Assembly (NCBI GenBank): GCA_976551045.1
Contig: CDPCPM010000418.1
Coordinates: forward strand, 3,348,001 to 3,412,000
Length of the DNA: 64,000 nucleotides
Direction: 5' to 3'
DNA from: Glaucostegus cemiculus
Lineage: Eukaryota
Shown: piece by piece, positions 25,200 to 38,400 of the stretch
Numbering within the stretch: position 1 is the stretch's first letter
How the letters are laid out: each line of letters begins with the position of its first letter
Made by a program: the position numbers and the translations under genes
Notes under the pieces: generated by a model
What the model saw: the letters and a program-made list of their open reading frames with translations, nothing else
Told to the model about the DNA's origin: nothing
The model's database searches: none

Positions 25200-27950
25200 A
25201 CCTTCATTCGTTTCGAGAATTTTATCCCTCTCTCCTTCTTTTATCCTCTTATTCTGCCTTCCTCCTCCCATCCTCCCTACCCTTCTGTTGCCTGTCTCAT
25301 TCTCGTTCTGCATTCCCCTTTGCCAACAACTCCCTGGTGCTGAGCGAACTCATCCATCAAGGCCCTGCCTTCAATTAAAGGCACCGCAATGAGATCGATG
25401 AAATGCAATAAGAAAAAGCTTTGCATTTCTGTACTTTATTAATTCGCTGACTAGCTCCAGCCATGAACGTGACACCAGAGATTAAACATTCAGTCGAAAG
25501 GGAAAAAAAAATTGGGTTGGGGGGGAGGGTACTGGAGGTTAAACAAAGAGACGTGCTTGAAAGAAAACAAGGATTCTGCAATGTGGGGGGAGACGCAGCT
25601 AAAAGCCCACGTCTGCCTCCGAGCTCCACGGACCGGAGAGCAGGGTGAGAGGAAGTTAAAGTCAGGCCGCCCCTCCCCGAGCGCTGATTTATTTAATGTG
25701 AAGCTCCACCTCCCACCGCTCAAACCCCCTGGGGTCGTCTGACAGTCGCGAAAATGAAACTTGCAGGGAACGCAACAAAAAAAATCCATCTGGGTGTAAT
25801 TTATTTTTATCCCTCTCAACATCAATGTCAAGTTCCCTGATAACACGATCAATAACCTCCCCACAGAAACCTTCCCACAGACACTCACCCCACCCCCTGC
25901 ACAAACACAGTTCTTGGGACCCCCACGGGGAGGTCAACGGGGGCAGGGTTGAAATGACCAATGTGCCAGATCAGAGTTTTTTTTAAAGAAATGTGTCTGG
26001 AGAAGCAAACTATATATAAAAGCAGAACTGCCTGTCGCCGACCCTCCCGTCTGTATTTACACTTAGCACCAAGAGTTCAAATTTCACCTATTTCATCTGC
26101 TGCATTTCGGACCGGACTGTTAACAGCAGCGACATACAAAGCAGTGTGGCAGAGGCGCAGACTGCCTGCAGAACCCTGGGCACACAGCACCTTCCTTCAA
26201 ACACACTTCAACCTTTCTTTGTCTTGATGTATAGAAATGGAGTCTTATTAATGAGAGAATCCATTGCTCGTTACTCGGCCTCATCTCTTTACTTCCCCAC
26301 TCTTCAATTTTTCTCTCGCCGTGTGTGTGTCTCTCTCTCTGTCTTTCTCTGCCTATCTGTTTGTCTCCCTCTCTGTCCCTCTGTGTCTCCCTCTCTGTCC
26401 TTCTGTGTTTCCCTATCTCTGCCCCTTCGTGTGTTTGTCTATCTGTGTGTCTCTCCGTGCCTCCGTGTGTGTCTCTGTGTGTCTGTCCCTTTGTGTGTCT
26501 CTCTGTCTATCTGTCTCTCTCTCTCTGTCTGCATGTCTCTCAATCTGTGTCTCTCTCCGTGCCTCCGTATGTCTCTCTCCCTGTCCCTGTGTCTCTGTCT
26601 ATCCGTCTGTCTCCGTCCCTCTGTGCGTCTCTCTCTCTGTCCTTGGCTCTCTCTCTCTCTCCGTGTGTCTCTGTCCCTCTGTGTGTCTCTGTTCCTATGT
26701 GTCTCTCTGTCTTTCTCCCTATCCCTGGGTCTCTCTCTCTCTCTCTCTCTCCCTCCATGTGTTTCTCTCTCTCTCTCCCTCTGTCTCTCTTTGCCCTCCT
26801 TTCTCCGCTGCTCCTGGTCCCACAAACTTCAAATATTTCCCCCCTCAGCCCCCTCGCTCCTATTTTCTCTTTCCCCCTTCCTTCCTCTATTTTGCTACGT
26901 TTCTAACCATTTCTGTCTAATTCACTGCCCTTTACCGATTTTTAAACCCAACCCCACTCTCCCTGTTTTATCTCATTGTTCTCTCCCATTTTATCTTTGT
27001 TTCTCCCAGGCTCGGTTGCAGGCTGACGCCTCTATCGCTGACCACATCTCTGCTTCTCCCCCTCCATCACCTTCTCTCTTCCCCCTCCTCTTCTAGTGTT
27101 TCTTTTCTCCCTCCATTCCTCAGTCTTTGTGTGTGTGTCCCCCTTCCCCGTTCCTCTCCATCCCTTCCACAATTTCCAAAGAATAAACTGTCCTTCGTTT
27201 GATGGTTTGTGACAATTCCAATAACATGGATTCTTTTATTTGTGAATGGCGGAAACGGTGCATTCTTTAACTGTGATCGTTATAGAGAAAACTAAACCGA
27301 GCAACGACAGCGGCCACTGATCTCCCCTCCTCGGTGACATGAGATGATTTCGCTTTAAGGAGACTGGACCAAGTCTGAACTGCAGCAGCACAGACTGCAT
27401 CACTGCGGAATACAGAGGGTCAACCGTGCAAGAGAGGAAGAAAGGTCATTATATTGGCAGGAATGCGCTTTGGGCGGCTGATTTATTATTCTGCCGTTAC
27501 TGGGAGGTGGAACGAGGGCGGTGTGACACACCACACCGTTCCTGCTAACAGCACGGAAGGAAAACGAATCTTTAAATCTGGTTTAACTAGTCTCTTTTCC
27601 TCAAATATTTTGACAAATGCAGGCAGAGAAAAAAACAGCCTTCAGTGCTCAACTGCCGGAGGGGAAACCCTTCCAACCAGACCATCTGGTACAACTCCTC
27701 TCCACGTAGCACTGGAGCCTCAGATGGCTCTTGTAATTTTCTTGCCGGGCGAGGCTCTCGGCTTCTGCTCCCCTCTCTCTCTCCGGTGGACAAAGGCTAA
27801 CAGGCGCTGCATTCATCCGGAGAATCAAGTTTATGTGAGAACTGCCTCATCTCCTGACCCCGCATTTGCATTTGAATTACTGATAAAATGCGAAAGTGAA
27901 AAGCTGTTCTCGCTGGGCGAGGGACATCATGTAGAAGAGCCCCAGACAAG
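25200..27950. promoter_or_regulatory. CpG-island-like putative promoter
   Basis: Most CpG-dense part of the window by eye; GC-box ggccgcccctcccc ~25665, CCAAT 25958-25962, TATATATAAAAG 26011-26022; no transposon insertions. Confidence 0.6.
26320..26800. repeat. Complex (CT)/(GT)/(CTGT) low-complexity tract
   Basis: Directly visible; source of several spurious long ORFs. Confidence 0.95.
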
Positions 27951-28467
27951 GGTCTCAATGCTCTGGGACCCTAACTGTCTGCCTCTGGTATTTAGCGGGT
28001 CTAATCCTTTAGCCATAAGCAAACACGGTATCTTAATTCTCCAGCAACTAGGTTCTCCAACTTTGTCGGCAACTCTCAACTCTGCACCCTTCCCCCATCC
28101 CTTGTCAACCAGCCAATATTATTCCTCTTATTTTCTGCGCTGTGACACTAACACAAAAGAGTGAAGAGCCTCGAGGGGGCATATCATCCACATCCTGCTC
28201 CTAATGGGAATCCCACACATAACTATCTGTGTTGAGCAAGTGCTCCAGGAACCACCCAGTCCAGCACAGGTTCGGGAGGAGCCCTCACTAAGTGACCAGT
28301 ACACATTCATCCATCTCCCAGGAGGATGTCCCTGTCATGTAACCCAACAACCTCATTCCCAACCTAAAGGAAATTCAAAAGCAGGCTGGTTGGAAGATAC
28401 TCCCTTTGTTTTACACAGCCATACCCCCCTTCTCCCCCATGGAAAACTAACCTGTATTCCTCTTGCC

Positions 28468-28506
28468 CAGTTCTGACGAAGGGTCCCAGACTTGAAACGT
28501 TAACTG
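28468..28506 (+). ncRNA. Penelope-type minimal hammerhead ribozyme motif
   Basis: CAGTT-CTGACGA-A-GGGTC-CCA-GACTT-GAAACGTT-AACTG: stem I CAGTT/AACTG, CUGANGA, stem II, GAAA, palindromic ACGU stem III, GUU site; followed by Penelope terminal sequence to ~28570. Confidence 0.7.
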
Positions 28507-29369
28507 TCTCTCCTTCCACAGATGTTGCCTGACTTGCTGACTACTTCCATTATTTTCTGTTTTATTTTCACTCTCACTTTATTCCTTTCATATCTTCTTT
28601 TTCCCCATTTCACATTCTCTCACTTTCTTTTTGCAGAGACCAATCCTTACTTTCTTCGTTTCACACTTGGACTCTCCACCTCGCCTTCCCCAGCATGCAT
28701 TCACCTGTTTTCTTATTCCCAATGTAACTTCTCAACCTCACACTCACACTAATATTCACAAACTGCCTCACTGTGGCATATACTCTCACAGCAGGCACAG
28801 ACTCCTCTTATGTGAACACATTCTCTGACACACATGTATGTTATGCATACATACATTCCTCTCACAGTCACACACTCATTATATCTCCCCATCTCGTACA
28901 CTCACATATCTCATGCATGTATTAACATACAAGCACTCTCACAGACACTCATAAGCATACTTTCACAAGCAGTCTCATACTTCACACATAAAATGACAAC
29001 TCTATTTCATGCTCTCTCTGTCACACACACTCTTTCTTCCCCCACCATCTCTCTCCTACTGCCTCACTCTCTCCACCATGCACCCATGCTCTTTTTTCTG
29101 TATTTGCTTTGCCACACGAGGAGCAAGTAAAAGGTCACCAGCCATACTTATATCTCCACACATAAGCAAAATCTGATTTCCTCCAATTCTTCACCTTCTG
29201 CTGTTGGCCTACCAGCATCAAACTGAAACAACAGAACAAAGTCTATTTGGTTTGAACACAAACATAAATTTCCTGAGCTTTTGACAAATGGGTGTTAAAT
29301 AAGGATGTAAGACAATTGAATTCTTCAGCATCCTCAGGTATGATTTGGAGACCAAAGTTTTCTCTCATT

Positions 29370-29680
29370 GGCACTGATTACTGTGATATCCTCCGGCTTC
29401 AAATGCCTCCAGCAACTCTGCACTCATCCAAGTCTGGTCTTTTCTGCGTCTCAGATTTTAATCATCAGCACTGCTGGCTGCTTCTTCAGCTGTCTCAGCT
29501 GCAATCTCTGGAAATTCTACCCCCACCCAAAACGCTCCACCACTCTCCCTCCTTTAAGACTATCCTTAAAATCTTCTCATTTGACCAAGTTTATGGTCAT
29601 CTACCTTGGTAAATTTTATGGTCCAGTGTAATTTTGTTTGCCAATGCACTTAGGAAGCATCTTACAAAATAAGGCTGCTG
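29370..29680 (+). mobile_element. L2-like LINE 3' fragment
   Basis: cttcagctgtc..ctctggaaattc..cctcctttaagactatccttaaaatc..tttgaccaagttt. Confidence 0.7.
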
Positions 29681-31299
29681 AAACAGAAACCAGATATCAA
29701 AACCTGACCTTAACCCTAACTTGCTCAACAGAAATGAGTTGGGTTCAGATCCAACCCCTATTTTATATTCTGCCTTTTCTACACTCCATTAACACTGGGT
29801 ATTTCATCCAAATTTCCCACAATTTGCTGCATCAGTTGGATTTAATTGGGGTCTGAAAAATCTGATTTTACTGTTGAAAAAAAATCATTGCCACTCTTTT
29901 CCACCATAATTGATTGTCTAAATCGAAATATCTTAATGCAAGTGAGATCATGCTTTTACTTTCATACTCAATAACGTGGCTTGGTGTCAGTTCCAGGAAA
30001 AATTCTGAACATTATCTGAGTGCTGTTATGGGATCTTGCTGCACACACACCAGTTACAATGTTTGCTTCAACACCATAGCAATTAAACTTCATAAAATAT
30101 TTCATTGGTCATGAAGCGCTTGGGGACATCCTGAAGTCACAAGGGGCCTTCTAGAAACATGTGTCTATTTTTTCTTCATCATATTTATGATTGAAGAAAG
30201 AGAATTTATTTAAGGTCATTTTTAATTCATTTAAAACATCCCTTGCTGCAGATTCTAGCCAGTTTTAATTTAAGCAACATCAGAACTGTGTGGATGTTAA
30301 AGGGCTGAATGTGAAAACATTGTTTAATGCAAATTTTGATTTAAAATAACAAGCCTGCAACTCCAGTACCTATGAATTCATAATCCATCCTTAAGTTAAA
30401 ATGCTCAGAGTGTTTTTTTAGATATTCATTTAGTGCACTAAGGGAAAATGCATGATTTATGCTGGAGCCTAACCCGAAAGCACTTGCTGTCTTCGTGCCT
30501 CTCATTCATTACAGAGACAGAAGCCCGAGCAGGTCAGACACAGACAATGAATTTCAATAGCCTGTCACAAAGGCCATCCCATAATGCCAAAAGGAATTTT
30601 CTGAAGAAAGATCTTTGCCACCCAGATATATGGTCTGCTATCTGATCATCCTTTCAGCCGTTTGCAGATTTCGCCTCCCTCTTGGTAACCTTGAGGAATG
30701 AGCAAGACAATTAAACAGGTTTTGTTTCTCCTGAACATTCCTGAAAGACATCGACTTGGTCGATCAATCTCCCAACTCATTTAATACCACTGTCAGGGCC
30801 GAGGATGGAAATGATCTATTGTGTTGATTGAGCACTTACTGTGGAGTGCAGTGGAGAAAAAAGGGCAAATGCATCTTAAGTCTCCTCCATCTCAAGTCCT
30901 TGATACCGAGATATTGGCTCCCAAATGCTTGGGCCAAATTAGAGAAAGTCTGCCGCATTGACCCATTTACCTTCATAGATTTTTATTTTTTTTAGCCTTT
31001 AATATGATTACCTTTGTGGCTGTGCAGATTTTAGAGACATGCCATGAACTAATTGAATGGTGGAACAGGCTCAAGAGGCTGAATGACCTAATCATATGTT
31101 CCTGTCTTATTCTAGCAAATCTGCTTGAGTGAATTTAATGAAAGGAGTTAATGGAGAGGAAGGTTAGTGAGAGACACTGGATTGTTTAATCTGTTTCAGT
31201 CTTCTTCCTCTTATACCTGAAAACACCGCCTCTTGCTGGGGTACAGCTTCACAGGAAACATGGGCTCTAATGAAGATCACCCAGATGGTATTGTTCCAG

Positions 31300-31685
31300 A
31301 GGACTCAGTAAATAGCACTTACACCTCTCAGTCTGGAATCATGGTTCCAGCCTGAGCTCAAGATCCATCCTGATAATCCATGCAGTTCGTTAACAGTGCC
31401 GCACTGTCAAAGATGCTGTCTTTCAGGTGCCACATTAAATTGAGACTCTCTCAAGTGGTCCTAAAAGATTTGAGGGATTCTTTGAAGAGAAGAGGTGTTA
31501 TTGCCTGTTTTGTTAACCAATACTTATTCCTTGCCTGGTAGCCATAATATTACTGTTTATGAGACCTTGCTGCAAGAAAATTAATTGCTGCATTTCCTAG
31601 ATTACAATATTGACTGCACTTCAAAAGTAATTCACTGGGATGTCCTGCAGTCATGAAAGACTGTTATAAATGTAAGTTTTTCTTT
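31300..31685 (+). mobile_element. Deu-domain SINE
   Basis: ctcagtaaatagcact..gtgccgcactgtcaaagatgctgtctttcag..cacttcaaaagtaattca..ggatgtcctg..catgaaag..ataaatgtaagt. Confidence 0.8.
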
Positions 31686-33324
31686 CACATGTTATCAAAA
31701 CTACCACACCCGCTTAGGGCCCCAGAAACACCTTGCACTCAGAGGCCTGGGCTCCATCAACCTCCCCAGCTGTCAACTTATGTTAAGTTCAGAAGTGCAA
31801 GAGCTCAGTGAACTGAGTGACCCTGAGCTCAGCTTCCTCCGATCTGTCAACAAGACAGCTTCTCCTCATCTTGGGAACACTGCTCTTCTGTGGTTTCTCC
31901 CCACAAGACCCTACACATTCTTCATAGCTAGGATGCTTATTTAATCTCTTTGTGACCTCACCTGGGCAGTCCTCGGACTTCCAACCAACCTAAAATCCAG
32001 CAGTTCTCGAGTCCTTTACACTCATTCTTGAAAAACTACATGGACCTCTTCTGCTCCAAAATCAATTTATAAGGCACCTTTAATGTATTAAAATACCACA
32101 AGCCAGTTTACTGAAGTGATTATCAGACAGACTTGACAGTGAGTCACAGAAGATGAGAGCCAATGGGGTAGAAGAAATTAAGCAACATCTTAGAAGAGGA
32201 AAGAGAGGTATTGGATTCCAAAGCTACTAGCCCAGGCAGCTGAAAGCACAACGCCAATAATGGACCAATTAAGTTCATGGTTGCATAAAGGCTACAACTG
32301 GAGATATGCAGATAACTGTCAGCCAACGACACACAACCCCGTCCTCTGTGACCTCTTCTGTAGATTCTCGGCAATCAGTTCCAGCTGTGTGCCTGTAATA
32401 CATCCTCTTAGATTCTGGGCATTCCTTGTTTCCTACTCTCATGGCCTTACCTCTGGTGGCTGACGATGCTGGTGTCCACCAAAATAACCTTTGTCATTTT
32501 AAGAAGCTTCTGTAGCTTCATTCCACATTGTTGTTCTTGTGCGCATGACTGCACATTTGGTATTGCACAAAATATGAAAATCTGTGCAGTTTTAAACTAA
32601 AGCAGACATTGTAATCGAATTGCACTGCACAGAAGTAGCAATTCAGCCCATCCTGCCTGTGTCAGTTCCGTGAGTGAGTTAACCAATTAGTCCTGTTCCC
32701 AAAGCTTTTTTCCCCTGCACATTTTTCCAATTTTATGTTGGGAAACAATTCGTTTTGAAAAAAATTACTAGTGAATCCGCTTTCACTACTCTTTCAATTG
32801 GCATATTCTAGAATAATAACAACTTGCAGCATCGGATTTATTCTTTTGCACCCTACCTCTGGGCCTTTTGCCAAGAATTTTAAGTCAACATCCATTAGTT
32901 ACCGATGCCAATGGAATCTGCTCCTTTCTGTCTACTGTGTCCAAATTCTTCATAATTTTGATCATTGTTATTTAATTCCTTTAACTTTCTCGATGCACCT
33001 TTAGTCTTCTTGGTGCAAGGAAAACACTCCAGTTTCTCCAACAGAATGAACTCCCTCCTCCCTGATAACATACTATAAAATATCCTGTGCATCCTCTTCT
33101 GGATTGTGACTTCTTTCCTGAAGTGCAACTTGAAAATGGATACTTATCTTTCATGTTAGCCCTTGTGGTTAGAATTTTCCCCTCAGGCACCTAACTTATA
33201 GGATTACAAACATGCACATAAAAAATAGTGCAAAATTTGTGCAGCTTGCCCAGCTGTTGTCAAGGTGACATATCCATGTCAGTATAAGAATAAAATCATT
33301 TCCTTTAAATATACAATATATGCA

Positions 33325-33830
33325 CAATAACAGCTTGCAGTTACACAGCATCTTTAACGTAATAAAATATTCCAAAATGCTTAAGCAACAACAACGTGTA
33401 TTTATATAGCACCTTCAACACAGCACAATGTCTGGAGCTGCTCCCGTATTGGTAAGTGAAAAATTGATGATGACTTATATAAGGAGATATTAGGGCAGGT
33501 GGCAAGCTTGGCCAACGAGGCAGGCTTTATGGAGCATCTTTAAAGATGGAAAGAAAGGTAGACAGGCAGAGAGAGATAGGGAAAGAATTACAGATCTTGG
33601 CAGCTGAATAATCAACTGCCAATAATGGAGCCATTAAATGATCAAGATGCCAGAACTGAAGGAGCACAGAGTTCTTAGAGTGAGTGAGTGAACTGGGGTG
33701 GTGACAAGGGGTTTGTTCTAGGGGTGGAGAAGATTAGAGAGATGAGGAACAGGAAGGTCATGGAAGAATGCAACAAAGAATTTTAAAATTGAGATACAAC
33801 TAACAAGGAGCAAATGTAGGTCAATGGTAA
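33325..33830 (-). mobile_element. L2-like LINE 3' fragment with two adjacent tails
   Basis: aacagcttgcagttacacagcatctttaacgt then aacaacgtgtatttatatagcaccttcaac..aaggagatattagggcaggtg. Confidence 0.75.
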
Positions 33831-34857
33831 TAAACTAATTGCTGTCTCTGCTCATAAAGTCATAAGAACAGTACAGCACAGAAGGAGGATATTCAGTTTA
33901 CTGGCTCTGAGGCTGTTCTTTCAAAGAGCAACCGAGATCTACTGTCTGCTTCTTTCCTATTATCCCTGGAATATTAACCAATTTCTTTTTGAAGGCTACC
34001 ATTGCATTTGCTTCAGTATTCTTTTATGCAAGGCATTCCAATCCTGTAACTTGTGATAATACTCCCGTGAAGTACTTTTGGATGTTTCACAATGTTAAAA
34101 ATGCTATATAAATGCAATTTGCTATGCACGAAGAAAAATGCTTCTTCTTGTGTCCGTCAGTCAATTGGCAATCACCTTAATTCTGTGGCCTCTGGTTATT
34201 GGCCCTTCAGACACTGGGTAGAGATTCCATTCATCTAAACCCCTTATGAGTTAAACCTGTCTATCAAATCTCTCCTTGACCTTGAATTTATTTTGCAGTT
34301 GCAATTAAAAGATGATGCCCTGTGAAGTTCTGGACCATTTGTGCCTTATAGCAAATATCTATTCTTCAGCTCAGCAAATATTTTAAACCAATAAAGGTTC
34401 CTGTCTGCTGGCTGAAATCTTGTACTTCCCATTAGTTCCACAAACTGTCAACAAGAAAATTATTTTTTTCTAGATACCTGTTATTCTCTATTTTTGGGAT
34501 CTCTCTCTCTGATGACCCACTGTTCTCTCAGAAAGCTCTCTGTAGTTGGAAGATCGCTCATCAATCTCCATGGCTTTGGGTTATCTAACACATCTCACTC
34601 TATTTCTAAGTACCGTCAGTGCATCAGACAAGGGACAGTTTATCATCTGCTCTCCCAGCCACTTTAGCACTTGAGAGACAATTTCCTGATTGCTCCTGGT
34701 GAGGCCTGATTGATCTGACGGTGCCTTATTTGTAACTGAGTACCCTTCCAGTATCAGTGCTTTCTCAAAGAAAAGAGAGAGAAAAAATATACTTTTGTAG
34801 TGTCAGCTCGGTTTGGAAGACGGGTGGTTTGCAAAGCAATCAGAAAGGGATATTTAT

Positions 34858-34871
34858 GTTTCCATAGCAAC
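34858..34871. promoter_or_regulatory. RFX X-box motif
   Basis: GTTTCCATAGCAAC fits GTTNCCATRGNAAC, in non-repeat sequence. Confidence 0.45.
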
Positions 34872-35074
34872 CAAAACCTCCAATGCAAAACAGGAATTCA
34901 AGTTTTCTAAGTAATACCAAGAAAAGATTCTAGGTGATTAGAATGCTCCCGAGTGCTTTTGCTTCAAACCTTTGAAGGACTGCAACACCATTCCCTGAAA
35001 TATTTTCCTCCTCTTTTCCTCCAAAGGAGCTGACAACTTCCCTACACGGAACTTATCCTCTGTCCTCACCAGCT

Positions 35075-35495
35075 GTGTGTTTGTAGTCATCCTCATTCTC
35101 GCCTCTGAATCGGAAGGTTGTGAGATGCTTCATTCTGGGAAATTTGAGCATATGACCCAGGATAATACTTCAGTACAGTAGTGAGGGGGTGCTCCACTGT
35201 TGGAGAGATTGTCTTCTGAATCAGATATTAAACTGATACCCTCTCCGTTCACTCAGATGTAGTATTATTCAAAGAAGTGGAGGGGTTCTCTCCTCATTAC
35301 CCTGGCCAATATTTAACACTCAACCAAACCCAGCTCCCTGCCATAAGAACACAGGTTATTTGCTCTTTGTCAATTGCTGCTTTTAGGCACTTGTGTGCAC
35401 AACAGTGTCAACACTTTAGAAGTATTTCATTGAGTGTAAAGCAACTTTGGATGTTCTGAAGTCATGGAAGGAGCTATAGAAAAGTCAGTTTGTTT
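35075..35495 (+). mobile_element. Deu-domain SINE
   Basis: ctcgcctctgaatcggaaggttgtg..cagtacagtagtgagggggtgctccactgttggag..cctggccaatattta..agtatttcattg. Confidence 0.8.
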
Positions 35496-38400
35496 AATTG
35501 CGGTGACTGGAGATAGAGATTTACCTTGAAGAGTGCAAGTTTGAGCTAATTTTCTCCTGCCCCAGCTCATCGGCAGAGTCTGACTGCAGAGCAGCTGCCA
35601 CAGATTAATTCTGTTAACTCAGTCCAGGCTGCAGATTGAATCTGAGATCTTCAGATCACATTATTAGCTGAACATGCAAACTACCCCCTTTCTCTCTCTC
35701 TCTCTCTTTCACACACACACTTAGAGTTAACTGTGCCTTGTGCACAGACAGACAAACAGACAGACGCACACACAGTTCCGTGCATTCATTCGTGTATGCA
35801 ACGATTGAATTTCTGATCGAGGCACACTGCCAGCCTTTTGCTCTTCTTTATTAAGGACTTGCATATTGCTTTTTCTATGGACACAATGTTCTTTTTCTTT
35901 TAACTGTAGCCAGGGTTGGGGTTTGGGGTATGGTTGAAATGATATCAAAGCTAACTCTGAGAAATGAAAAGGCCAGTAGTATCACAGGTCAGGTGGAGTA
36001 CTAATAGGATCTAACCACCAAAGGATTATTAGCAGATGGACTATACCCTCTGTTCTCCTATAACCTGGATATTTCATGTTTATGAAACCACAGATAACCC
36101 AGAAATGTTAACTGTGGGCCAGTCTGGAGATGAACAGCTCATGGTGGTTTTTAAAATGTTTTCAGATTGCTCTCAGTTTTATGAGGTTACACATTAGCTT
36201 TGACGTGCGGGTAGATTTAAACAGAGACAGGATTTGGGGACTGTGATTGTGGAGCAACATGGATGGTGGTTTCAAGGAAATATTGAATGATATAACACGG
36301 AAGGAGGCCATTTGACTCATTGTGATCTTAGTCTCTCTATTCAGTTACGCACACGCACATTCCCAGTCCCCTGCTCCTTCCCCTTAACCCTGTACACGGT
36401 TCCTTTTCCAGCTAGAAAACTCACTCCACCTAGAAAGTCACTACTGAATCTTACCACCACCACACTTACAGGCAGTGCATTTTAGTGTGGAAGAACTTAT
36501 GGCATAAACAAATTTTTATCTTCCACAAAAAGTTCTTGCCTATTTGATGTGGGAATACATGTACATTACACACTACACACAGATGAGCAAAAGATTAGAA
36601 AATAGCTACATTATATTGGTTATTGGTTTACCTGAGGCTTGTGCATTGCATATGCATTCTATTCATGTTCCCTCTCGAAGAGCACTGAGACTGCCAAAGT
36701 TATATTGATGTCAGGTCAAATCTTAATTCAAATTACTTGGTAATTCAAACATTTCAGAGTAAACATTCACTGTGTTAACAGGATTAGCATTAATTGTGTT
36801 TTTCTATGTGTATTGTATTCATATTTTACATAAATAAATGGTATATTGGTATATTCTAATTTTGATTTTGGTAAATAATTAAAAATACTTTGAAATTACT
36901 TTTTAACAATGTAAATGCAGCAGACATTAGACTACTAGTGAACAGTAACAGTTAAAACGAAAAGAAGATACGAATGGCACTGCTTTGAATTAATTTATCC
37001 TGCAATGTTTGCCAGCTGTGATCCCTCATCCATTCTGTTTTGTACTGAGATTGCAAGTCCATCATATGACTGGCAGAATAATGTACATTTACATGAGCAC
37101 CCAAAGTACATATGGCTGGAAATTTATCCCTGTCAATAAGTGCTTAATGCACTATATGTAGTAGCAGCAACTTATTGTGAAACTGAATTTTACCAGCAGA
37201 GTAAATGCATTGCCATTACTCTCTAGCATATTCCGCAGTCGACCAGGAATGAATTTCCAGGCAATAGAACTTACAGCACACAGTCTATTTACCTCAACTA
37301 GCTTGTACCAGTGCTCATATCCCACAAGAACCTACTTCATCACACATTCTCACTTTTACTTCCATTTCTTTCTCCTTCTTGTATTTTTCCACCTTCCCCT
37401 TAAATGCATCTATGTTAATTGCTTCTGCTATCCAGCTCCAACATTCTAATTACTCTCTGAATATGCAAGTTTGAATTCTTCTTTAAGTCTATTAACAATA
37501 TTTTTATGGTTTCTAGTTTTGGTCTTCCTCATGTGAACACATTTAATCTTTGCCTACCCCACCAAACTCTTTCATAAGATTTAAACCCTCTATCTTATCC
37601 CCGTGGGATAACGATCTCCAGCCTGTATAGAATTGATGGCTGTAACCTCTCAGTTCCGGTATCATCCTTGAATCTGAAAACACTGAAGTACTCAGAGAAA
37701 CAGAGACACAGACAACAGAAGCAAGGAGACACACGCATTCATGTTCAAAGTCACTCATGCACACACTCCTCCACAAGTACCACAGTCAGTCCTTTTTTTG
37801 TGAATGTCTTGGTGTCTTCAAGAAATTCTTTTGACAAATTGCTCCTGTTGACACCACAGTCCATGCTCTGGGAGGCCTCAATCCCACTGTAATAAGCACA
37901 TCTCTCATACTTTGACAGCACATGCTGCTGTAAAGCTCCTACATCCTGTGATAGCAGCGCAGTAACACTCACCCCATCAGGGCCCCTCTGTCATGCCCAA
38001 GGTTTTACACTGTCAGATTCATATTGCTGACAACCCTTTATGTGATGGTCTTACAATGACTTTGGTTTTCAATAACATGCTCTGTCTTTTCTTGGAGAAT
38101 CATCTCCATGAAAACATATTGTGAAGAACACTGGGGAACTCTCTCTGAGTTGACAAACATCAAGCAAGAAGGAAGACGGCTGGAAAGTAGGGTGGTAGGC
38201 CAAGTTCACCTCTGTGACATGGGTACAAAAATATACCCATGGCTGTTGGCAGGACTGTCTTCTACAGATCCTATGTGAAATGAGTTGGAGATTCTTACAC
38301 CCAAGTCACTCACCCTCTTTGGGATTTCCTCCCAATGAATAACCTCAATCTGAGAAGCCATAGACTCATATAACATAGAACGGGGCCATTCATATCACTG

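Noticed and set aside
22033-25313. Many HT/CV/SL-rich ORFs
   Set aside because: Microsatellite and minisatellite translations
25325-25640. REST/RE1-like motifs (TCAGCACCAGGGA on minus; AGCTCCACGGACCG on plus)
   Set aside because: Each matches only part of the 21-bp consensus; too weak to call without a PWM score
26146-27096. 316-aa and overlapping ORFs
   Set aside because: Translation of a CT/GT low-complexity tract that lacks stop codons
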